DNA of 64,000 nt from Dehalococcoidia bacterium. GTDB taxonomy: Bacteria; Chloroflexota; Dehalococcoidia; Plut-88900. Under the pieces are notes generated by a model. The model was not told the DNA's origin. It searched no databases and saw only the letters and a list, made by a program, of their open reading frames with translations. Location: assembly GCA_965207225.1 (NCBI GenBank), contig CBDBLV010000005.1, forward strand, positions 1,440,001 through 1,504,000, given 5' to 3'. This document shows positions 41,122 to 50,214 of this stretch, one piece after another. Positions within the stretch are counted from its first letter, which is position 1. The number at the start of each line of letters is the position of its first letter. A program made the position numbers and the translations under genes.

Positions 41122-41532
41122 CTACCGCTCGAAGAGCAATACCTCCCCGTCCGCGCCATAAAGCGTGAGTCGGCTCCCTGAGACCTCGAAGCGCTCTATC
41201 GTCGCCAACACCCTCTGTATCCGTTGCTCCTGGTGGAACTGCGTCATGGTGCGGCAACCCGCTTCCGTACAACCCAGGTCGCCAATGCTCAGGTTGGCCC
41301 TCTGCAAGCTGTACTCTCCAGCACAGCTGTTGCAGCCCGTCCAAAGGCCGATCTCGGTCGCAGAGAATTCCACATCTGGCTCCCCCACAACGGCGTCGGG
41401 GCTTTCAGCATCCCCCAACCCGACCAGCCGCCATTCCGTATCTCCTAACGGGTTCCCTTCGCTCTCACATGCTGCTGATAGAAACAGGGCACTAAGGAGA
41501 AGCAGGACGCTTAGCATTATGCGGTTCGACAT
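41122..41532 (-). CDS. META (HslJ-like) domain lipoprotein
   Basis: LSAAC lipobox; TEWRL, GCN...Y...G.TEAGC, QE...L, LLF. Confidence 0.8.
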   Translation of the reverse strand: MSNRIMLSVLLLLSALFLSAACESEGNPLGDTEWRLVGLGDAESPDAVVGEPDVEFSATEIGLWTGCNSCAGEYSLQRANLSIGDLGCTEAGCRTMTQFHQEQRIQRVLATIERFEVSGSRLTLYGADGEVLLFER

Positions 41533-41568
41533 GACGACCCCTTCACCAAAGTCCCAGCGTCTATGGAC

Positions 41569-41826
41569 TCAAGTCAATCTGTTCTTTTTGACCTTGTGGC
41601 CTACGTGGTATCTATTGCAGCGCCTGCACAGGTACGACGTTGGAACCTTTGAATCCGGCAAATAGACAGTCGTATTTTGCATTAGATCAGCAATCGCCTC
41701 TGCCTCTTCTCTGGTGCTGTATGTCACCTTAGAGGTGCAGTAACGCTGAACGCGTGTCTGCAAGTTATGGGGTCTGGCACGGAACCTGCGGCCCTTCCTT
41801 CTCTCCCTCTTCCTTCTAAGTTTCAA
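41569..41826 (-). CDS. Small Zn-finger-like protein
   Basis: CTSKVTY.TREEA...YLCRRCNRYH. Confidence 0.5.
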   Translation of the reverse strand: MKLRRKRERRKGRRFRARPHNLQTRVQRYCTSKVTYSTREEAEAIADLMQNTTVYLPDSKVPTSYLCRRCNRYHVGHKVKKNRLT

Positions 41827-42220
41827 ATCTCTACCTGTCGCTCTCCCCCTCTAAAGACTCTTCTGAGCAGCGGGTCACTCGGTCAGCGCCTCTGCTTCCG
41901 TTCCCTATCCTTCGATCGGAAAGCGTCTATGGGCCGCTCACCGTTGGCAGTGGGCCAACATCTCCCGCCTATAGCCCTAGCCGTGAAAGCCCGAGTCAAT
42001 TCCGCAAACTGAGATCCCTAAAGGTGGATGTCTACCTTTAGACGATCCCGCCTTAATCCGCTGGTGATGAGGTCGTTAAGAAACCGTCCCCTCCCCTCCA
42101 GTCTTTGTAAACACTTGGACGTCAGCTGCTCGTAAACCGAGGCCTGTGTAGTCACCTGTATGAGCCTCCGGTCCACCAAGGTCAGGTCCGAGTTGTTTCC
42201 TACGCCGCGAATCTTCCGGA

Positions 42221-42409
42221 TCATGTACTAGTACCTATCAAGGGCCTCATAGGTCTGCAGTTGTAACAGAAGTTGAGCTTCAGCTGGTTTGTGGAGCGCC
42301 AAGAGACCATCCAGTTCAGGGCAGCGCTGTGCCTCTCAGACTGATTCAGGCCCCCATCGCTCCTCAGCTTGTCTCGAGGTTGGCTGTCCTTACAGGAAAC
42401 GCTTTTCAT
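42221..42409 (-). pseudogene. Degenerate paralog of 38539-38754
   Basis: Shares QP.DK..DGG, SAALNWM.SW, QL..FC..C.PM. Confidence 0.5.
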
Positions 42410-43217
42410 AGTGATTAGCCGTGAGGGGATGCCAGCGTTAGCGGAGAAGGGTTCCAGGGCAATAATTCCTCCCTCATTGGGGAACGGGTCGTCAAACTTG
42501 GTGCTTCATGAATGCTTCCAGCAGGGACTTAGGCATATCCCGAGCTCCCTGAATTGAACGGACAAGAATCGCTATCGGCCCTGGCTCTCATTCATGTAAA
42601 TGGGGAACCAGGTATTTCCCAGCCACTGAGGCAGTTGTCACCGCGATCATTGACTAGGGCGACGGGGAACTCGCCACCGATTTCGCCAAGCCGAACGCTC
42701 GTTGTTTTCGGCTTTTCCTATACTCAGGACTAAATTGCTCGTAGGGCAGACATTGCCTGGATTGTTTTATCAAGAGCCCTCCCGGGCCTTCAGCCGGATG
42801 GAGGTAGTGAGCGTTCCAACATCTACGAACCGTGTCTACTCAATTCAGCAGCGATCCTCTGTACTTTGCGCACGGGTGCACCATCAAGAGGCGCTCACGC
42901 TTTTCGCTTCTGTCTTCGCCTGAGAACAGATTATACATATATCTATACCGTCAATGAACAGCTTTATACTCTGACAATAGCCGCAATGTTGTACAATTCG
43001 CTTTGACTTTGAAACGACTCCTATAGAAGGGCAGTGCCAAGGCCATAAAGGCACCCGCGGAAAGAAAACTCAAAGTCCAGCCTACTGCTGCCTAGGGTAG
43101 ACCTCTTTGTCACCTGTCCCCGACAACTAGCGTTGAACGGCCGATCGTGAGGGTGGAGGAGCTTGGCTGTCCGTCGGTTGCCCCGGTGTTACATGGCTCG
43201 CACAGGAGGAAAGGGTA

Positions 43218-43433
43218 TTGAAAACTCGCATCGACAGACTTGGCGGGGACAAGACCTACATTGAACTAGAAACAAGATACGGTAGCCGAGGCTTCCTTGT
43301 GATAAACGCGACCATAGGTCCACCACGGCGCGACGGCAAGGATATCACCATGACGTTGAGCCGTAGGCAGGCGTATGAGATCGCCGACACCCTTCGGGCT
43401 ATGGCCTTCTCGGTTGACGAACGGTTGGGCTGA
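43218..43433 (+). CDS. Hypothetical protein
   Basis: AGGAGG RBS; first of three tandem small ORFs. Confidence 0.5.
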   Translation: MKTRIDRLGGDKTYIELETRYGSRGFLVINATIGPPRRDGKDITMTLSRRQAYEIADTLRAMAFSVDERLG

Positions 43434-43439
43434 GCGCTT

Positions 43440-43736
43440 TTGGAGACGGTGATCACAGAAGCGCTGCTGGAGGCAGAGGCTCAGGGTTATGGTCACGATG
43501 CCCTTGTGACTATCCGGCTATATCGCGATGGTTGCCTACTGGTTGAAGGCATCGTCGAGACAACGGGCATCGGTCGGCTACTGGCCGGGGCGCAGGGCCC
43601 CTGCACCTTGTATGCCCGACCTGACACTTCTCGTCACCACCTGCTGCCTCGCCTGGAGCGTGGACGAGGCAGCGTAGATATAGAGCTTAAGCAATTCAAG
43701 CTCTACTGGCTCCTGCAAGACTTCCTCAAGAGCTAA
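43440..43736 (+). CDS. Hypothetical protein
   Basis: 98 aa, in tandem with its neighbours. Confidence 0.45.
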   Translation: METVITEALLEAEAQGYGHDALVTIRLYRDGCLLVEGIVETTGIGRLLAGAQGPCTLYARPDTSRHHLLPRLERGRGSVDIELKQFKLYWLLQDFLKS

Positions 43737-43755
43737 CAAAGGGAGCGATGAACTT

Positions 43756-43932
43756 ATGGAACAACTGCAACGAGTTGGCAAATGGGCCGCCTTGGGGATG
43801 GCAGCTGTGGTCGTTCTCCCAGCACTGGTGCTGGTTCTGATCTTCGCCGCCTACATCGCCCTTACCGTCTACGTACTCCGGGAAACGAAGTTAGGAGATG
43901 TAGTTGATCGGCTGACCTCGGGGGAGATGTAG
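43756..43932 (+). CDS. Small membrane protein
   Basis: MEQLQRVGKWAALGMAAVVVLPALVLVLIFAAYIALTVYVL...; 58 aa. Confidence 0.5.
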   Translation: MEQLQRVGKWAALGMAAVVVLPALVLVLIFAAYIALTVYVLRETKLGDVVDRLTSGEM

Positions 43933-45085
43933 GGGCTAGGCAGCAATGGGTCCACGCTAAGCAGGTAAGTGAAAGCAGCATTGCCGCCGACTTGTTACAG
44001 CCCTAATCGCTACAGCAGACTAGTTTACCGCCAAAGCAGAAATCACTGTCCGTTGCACAGATACAAGCGGGGGCGGAGAAATGGTGCACCAAGCGAAATA
44101 TAAACGAGGGCAGCGGTAGATGCCCCACAATACAGGGTATGAAAGTCGAAGAGCCAACGAGTGCTGATATAACCTATCTCTTCCACTACCGTTTGGATCG
44201 TCAGCAGATCCTAGGTATGTTCTGGCGGAGGAAGGGACCTGAAAAGGACACAGCTCATGGCGCTACGTCTGACACCGTGAGATTTGGCACAATGAAACAA
44301 TCAAGATTCCATTGCAAGATTCCAATGATTGTAGGCACAATCCGAAGAGCATCAGGCCCCAAATGACTCTTGATCGCAGGAATAGCCTTAACCGCCGGTA
44401 CCGGTTGCTGGCAAAGCTCTCGATTCCTGGGGAGAGAGCCGCTCTGCAATGCGCCAAGGCGCTTTAGGTGGCTCCCCATGTTGTTGCCTTTGGCTTTCAA
44501 TTTGTCTCGGCGTACCGATAGACCAGGGTGTCCGAGGGCGAAAATACAGGGTAGGGCAATGCTGTACTTAGTGTCACGGGCCTCACTCCCTTAAAGCCAA
44601 GCTTCTTCCCGCTGGTTGGAGTTGTCGGCATGTATGTAATTCTTCGGCATCCCATCGGAGTCCCCCCTGCAATCCCCTACTGGCTTCAAGGGCCAGCAGA
44701 CGGTATAACTATCCCTCTAGCCCTCCGTTGGCCAAAGGGTCCCAGAAGGAGACAGCAAGGTACCTAGGGAAAGGACAATTTGTCTATCGTGTACTCGGCT
44801 CTAGAGCAATTCTTCAAATGATTTGTTGTATGTTCCTCTGGCGGGGCATGGCCTTACGAGCAAAGAACCAAAGATCTCAACTAGAAAAAATGATGAACTG
44901 AACAGAGCAGCCTGCTGGGGCAAGTCCGGAGGCGTAGGGGCGTGGCTAGCATCCGACTGAGCCCAGCCTCCAGACCAACTAGATGCCGGAGTTCAGCACG
45001 GTGCGAGGAGGGGGAGCGGGACGAGGCCGAAGTTCCGCTACCTTGTAGGGAGGCTGCGATGGACTCTGCCTGCCGGTGGGGTCGG

Positions 45086-47462
45086 TTAGTTTGCTGTACC
45101 CTTAGCCATCCGATAGCCCACGCGGGGCTCGGTGAAGATGAAGGCAGGATTGTCTGCGTCGTCCCCTATCTTGCGGCGGAGCCTCTTCACCACATCTCTA
45201 ACCAGCCAGGGCTCGCCCACCCTTTCTGGACCCCATATCCGCTGGAGGAGGACGCTGTGAGTCAACACCCGGGGTGCATGGACCGCCAGTTCGTAGAGTA
45301 CGGCATACTCCGTGGCGGTCAACTCGACCGGCTCCCCGGCCACCGTCACGAGGCGTTCGGCGTAGTTGATATCCAGGCCAGCGGCGACATATGGTCCCGT
45401 CGGCTCGCCTTGGAAGGGCTCTAGTCGCTTGCGCAGGGCTGCCCGCATCCTAGCAGCCAGCTCCGTTGGCGAAAATGGCTTGACTACATAGTCGGTCGCT
45501 CCCATATCAAAGGCCCTGGCGATGGTCTCATCCTGGCCATATGCCGACAGGAAGATGACCGGCACATCTGCCGCCCTACGGATATCGTTCATCAACTCGA
45601 TACCATCGCTGCCTGGCAGCACAAGGTCCAGAAGCACTAGGTGCGGCTTCTCCTCGGCCATTAGGCGGGGAACCTCAGTGGGGTCGCTGGTCGCAATGGG
45701 TGCGTATCCCGCCCTGGAAAGCACATCTCGAACGTACCTCAGCGCCTGGGGGTCGTCGTCCACAGCCAGGACGCGGACCTTGCCGCGGGTCATTGGCCTG
45801 ACACGAGGGGTTGCAGGAGCGGAGGCAGCGGCGTCCACCGCCGGCAAGGTGAAAGTGAACCGCGCACCCAGATCCTGCCCTTCGCTTTCGGCCCAGATTC
45901 GGCCTCCATGGGCTTCTACGATGCCCTTGCAGATGGCGAGACCTAGGCCCGATCCGTCGACACCCATCCCGGGACCTGCATCATGCGCCCGCGAGAACTT
46001 GCGGAACAGCCCCGGCAGCAGCTCTGCCGGAATGCCCCGACCTTCATCGGCAACCGAGACCTCAACATGAAGTCCTTCCCGCACCGCGGTCACCACTATC
46101 GGCGACGCTTCGGGTGAATACCCGGCGGCATTGGAGAGCAGGTTGCTTAGCACCTGTACGATGCGCCGCCTGTCGGCCATAACGAGAGGCAGATTCTCTG
46201 GCAGGTCGATCTTCAGTGCGCTGCCGGCACCTCCGGACAGGAATCTGTTCGTGGCCTCCTCGACCAATACTTGAACATCGGATGGCTCCGGAACAACGGG
46301 AAGCGTGCCTGTCTCGATGCGGGCCACGTCCAAGAGGTCGCCGATGAGGTAGCGCATCTGGTCCGATTGGTCGCGAATGATGTGGAAGAACTGGGTCATT
46401 TCGGCCGGGTCCAGATCGTCGGCCGATTCCAGCAGCGTGGTGATGGAGCCCTTGACCGCAGCCAGGGGGGCCCTGAGTTCGTGACTCACCATGGCCAGAA
46501 ACTCGGCCCTCAAACGTTCCTGCTCCTCAAGCGGTGTCATGTCCTGCAGCGTGACGATGAAGGAAGCAAGCTAGCTGGCCCTCCTCGGAGTGGATCGGTG
46601 TGGCGTTGAGCAGGGCACTGACGCTCCGCCCGTCGGGGACGCGCAGCACTATCTCCTCGGCTCTCACCGTTTCTCCGCCCTCCAGGGCCTCGGCCAAGGG
46701 CAGGTCGCCAAGGGAGACCTCTCGGCCATCCGAACGGACGCATGTCACCAGCTCAAGGAGTTCCTCGGGAGGCTGTTCTTCATCTCGCAAGCGGCCTACG
46801 ATGCGCATTGCCTCCCGGTTGAATGAAACCGGCGCCCCAGTCCGGGTGTCGAGGACGACCACGCCCACCGGCGAGGTGTTTATCAGGGTTTCCAGGTCCG
46901 CCCTCAGCCGGCGTTCCTCCCGGTGCGTACGAGCATTGGCGATGACGAGGGCCGCCTGGGATGCAAACATCACGAGGGTCTCCTCGTCGGCCCGGGTGAA
47001 CTCCCCTCCACCGTCCTTGTCTCCCACGAAGACGTGGCCCACCCGGGTGCCCCTGTGGAACATGGACGAGGCCATGAAGCGGAAGACTCCCACAGGAAGG
47101 GGTATGCTGAACTCGGTAAAGCCCTGAGCGCGTACGTACTCCAACAAATCGGGCACTCGAATGGGCTCCGAAATCGCGGTAAGGGCCTCTAAGATGCGTT
47201 CCCCTTCAGGCATACGCCACAGATTCTCGTTCTCCACGGCGGTCAGCCCAGACGATAGGAAGTCCTGTACCCCACCCTGGTCGTCGAGCAGGGTCATCAC
47301 TCCATAGCGAGCCGCCGTCAGGAAACGGGCGGAGTCCAGGACCCCCTGGAGCACGGCGTCGAAGTCCAGGCTTTCGTTGATGCGAAGGCTGGCTTCGCTG
47401 AGGCGGGACAGGCGCTCCTGAAGCGCCTCCAAATCCCGGTTCCGCTGGTCTGGGCGAACCAT
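45086..47462 (-). pseudogene. Hybrid GAF-PAS-HK-REC-OmpR regulator (copy 2), frameshifted
   Basis: Two ORFs (46527-47462 and 45086-46540) collinear with copies 1 and 3; 4-bp duplication AAGCAAGC at 46564-46571. Confidence 0.9.
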
Positions 47463-47903
47463 TCAGACCCTCCTTGAGGCCCAGTATCGCTGCATTATAC
47501 AAAATGCCATACAAATATACACAGTCAATCATCCACTATTTCACATAATTGACACGCTCATGATAGAGGCCAACCTGTAGCATGCCAACAGCTGCTTACG
47601 CTTGATGGGTAGCGCAGGCTCGCAACGAGTTGGCGTGATGATTAAACCAGGGCACTTCCCGTCACTTACTGCTCCAGTTCTTCTTTCGAACCAGACATCT
47701 ATGGTGAAACCCACAAAAGATGGGAAGCTTGGCTCGATTCCATTGACCCGGGGGGCAAATCAACCGTTCGGCGATCATTGTGGCTTAGGGATATTGCCAA
47801 ACGAAGTCATCATCGATTGAGGGACGTCCACATTCAGATTGGAGACTTAGGAGATAACTAAGTCGTACGGGGTTACTATCCGCTATATGTCGTTCAGTTA
47901 GGG

Positions 47904-48791
47904 TTGCTAATCGTGGCTATCTGCAAGAATTGCGGTGTTGAAGCAAAGATCAAGTTCTTGTTCTGTCCGATCTGTGGGATCCGAGGTGCTTTTGAGTTTC
48001 CTCAAGATGCAAGGGACGAGGGTTGGGTTCAGAGGGTTAGGAAGCGCCTGTTCAAGTCAGACGTCGAGAAAGCCATAGATGAATTTTTCCAGTATATGAC
48101 GCCGTTTGGCTATCCGGAGGGGGAAAGAAATTTAGAGTGTCTTCTTCACCAGCCTGGCACTCATTCTCTGAATTCAATGCAGAAGGAGAGAGTAAGGGCA
48201 GCTCTAGCCCTTGGGTACGGTATTCGAGCTCAATTTGCGGAGTGGGAAAAGGGTGACCCTGAAGAAGCCATAGAAGTCTACGGAGATGCAATTAGGGCCG
48301 CTCCGAAGGAAGCGCAATGGTACGAAGCGAAAGCAGATGCTACTTACAGGTTGGCGCGGTATCTGGACAATTATCAGAAGCACCATTTTGCAACATTTAT
48401 GGGGCCCAACATCGGAAAGCTGCAAAAGATGCTTGCTTCGAAGAAAACACCCGAGGAGCTATATGAGTACGCTCTAGAAGCATATAGCAATGCCATCCAA
48501 TGCGATCCGTACCACGCCCCGGCGTTGATTGGAAGAGCTAAAACCCTCGATGAATTGGGCAACAAGCAGGAATCACGTGAAGACTACAAGGCTGCCATTG
48601 CAATCTTGACTCGGGCTTTATCTGTCAACCCTGGGGACCTTGCCAGCCTCAAGGAACGTGCAGAGGCCTTTGAGGCGCTTGGTCAAATTGACAGGGCAAT
48701 AATGGACCTCAAAAGCAGCATCGCCCTGAAAAAGGATGAATGGTTGGAGAGACGGATAAAAGAACTGGAAGACATCACCGGCTCGACTTGA
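47904..48791 (+). CDS. Zinc-ribbon plus TPR protein
   Basis: CKNC...FCPICG at the N-terminus; TPR repeats (AYSNAIQCDP, AIMDL). Confidence 0.8.
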   Translation: MLIVAICKNCGVEAKIKFLFCPICGIRGAFEFPQDARDEGWVQRVRKRLFKSDVEKAIDEFFQYMTPFGYPEGERNLECLLHQPGTHSLNSMQKERVRAALALGYGIRAQFAEWEKGDPEEAIEVYGDAIRAAPKEAQWYEAKADATYRLARYLDNYQKHHFATFMGPNIGKLQKMLASKKTPEELYEYALEAYSNAIQCDPYHAPALIGRAKTLDELGNKQESREDYKAAIAILTRALSVNPGDLASLKERAEAFEALGQIDRAIMDLKSSIALKKDEWLERRIKELEDITGST

Positions 48792-48914
48792 CAAAGGAAT
48801 CAGCCAACGACTGTCCCGTATTCGGAGTCACGATTGACGACACGCCCCATGTGTCCCGGGTCCTGGCTCAAGTAAGCCCTCATTGCAATCTTATTCTCCT
48901 TAGAGGACATCGGG

Positions 48915-49167
48915 GTGGGGGTCAGGGCCCGGGACGAGGACGACGGTCTGCTTATCTACACCTTGAACGGCGCGGATGCTGCATTCTTCCGGATAGGGCG
49001 TAACGACGGCCAACTGAAGACTGAGGCTTCCCTGAACTACGAGGCCAGAGGTGCCTACGCGGTGGTGGCCGCTGCCGGTCCTTCTTGGCGCCACTGACAA
49101 GATACTGGTGACCATCAACGTCACCGATGTCGACGACCCCGCGATGATAGCAGTGGTCAAAGGGTAA
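48915..49167 (+). pseudogene. Cadherin-like repeat remnant
   Basis: ARDEDDGLLIYTLNGADAAFFRI..GQLKT...LNYE, then frameshifted VTINVTDVDD. Confidence 0.7.
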
Positions 49168-49426
49168 GCCCGGCGGCAGGAGTTTCCGTAGAGACCTATC
49201 AACTGTGTAGGTTGTTGAATTCTGTTCCGTAGCCTAATCAGGCTGACCTAGTCCGAACACAAACCGAATTTTCCCGCCTACACCTTCAGGCTGAACAACA
49301 CCGCGAAAGTCTCGATTTCGCCAGGACTGCCGAGGGATCTAGTGCTCAGGCCACCCCTATTCTGAGGAACGACGGGGCATACCGCCTAGAGAACAGCGTA
49401 GACGATCCCTGTATGAATGTGGGAGT

Positions 49427-50149
49427 TCAGCAGAATGGTAGCCCGACTTTGGAGAAGTCGTTGCGAGGGACATTCTGGAGGGATGCAGGAATGCAGTCCG
49501 TCAACAAGTTGCCGCGGAGCCACAGCTTTCTCAATTTCCTCAGGTTCCCTAGTTCCCCGGGAATATCTCCACTCAATCGGTTCTCTCTCAGCGTTAAGGT
49601 AAGTAGATTTGAGAGGTTACCCAGTTCCGGAGGGATCTCCCCACTTAAACTATTGTATTCAAGCATCAACGATTCCAGATGCGTCAGGCTGCCCAACTCA
49701 GGCGGGATTTCCCCACTGAGCTCGTTGTGTTCCAGATTGACCCAGCCCAAATCCTTGAGTTTGGCAAGCTCAGGCGGAATCTCGCCGGTAAGCCGGTTGT
49801 CTTCCAGGTTTAACCAAGCCAGGTTCTTCAGATCACCCACCTGAGGTGGAATCTCCCCGACCAGCGCAGCGTGGATCCAAATGACCCGTAGTTGGTCCAG
49901 CCTCGCCAGCTCTGCAATGGGTATCTTTACCTCCGAGTGACCACCGTACAAGATAAGTCCGGTGACGCGGCCTCTTCCGTCCACGAATACACCCTCCCAT
50001 TCGCCAAGTGGCTTATCGTTTAGCCGGTCAGTGTTTTCCTCCCAATGCGGGCCATTGGTTGCTATGCAAAAGTCCGTCAACGCCGCCCTATCCCGATCGT
50101 TGTCAGGCATCTCGATCGAATTACCGGATAAACCGATGGCCGGCCTCAC
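49427..50149 (-). CDS. Plant-type leucine-rich repeat protein (possibly N-truncated)
   Basis: LRRNT-like DRAAL...W..GV, and repeats of LxLxxNxLSGEIPPELGxL. Confidence 0.88.
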   Translation of the reverse strand: MRPAIGLSGNSIEMPDNDRDRAALTDFCIATNGPHWEENTDRLNDKPLGEWEGVFVDGRGRVTGLILYGGHSEVKIPIAELARLDQLRVIWIHAALVGEIPPQVGDLKNLAWLNLEDNRLTGEIPPELAKLKDLGWVNLEHNELSGEIPPELGSLTHLESLMLEYNSLSGEIPPELGNLSNLLTLTLRENRLSGDIPGELGNLRKLRKLWLRGNLLTDCIPASLQNVPRNDFSKVGLPFC

Positions 50150-50214
50150 CGCCTAAGTCGGCACTCACCTAATCATTGTGGGACTACCTCTATATGAGGC
50201 GATTCCCCCTAATG

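Noticed and set aside
37540-44840. Inverted homology between intergenic regions 37540-37730 and 44640-44840
   Set aside because: Only short scattered matches (ATACAACA, TAGGTACC); not distinguishable from chance by eye.
47480-47580. Third copy of the RiPP promoter upstream of regulator copy 2
   Set aside because: It is AT-rich with a TATAAT box and ATACA repeats, but I could not align it convincingly to promoters A or B.
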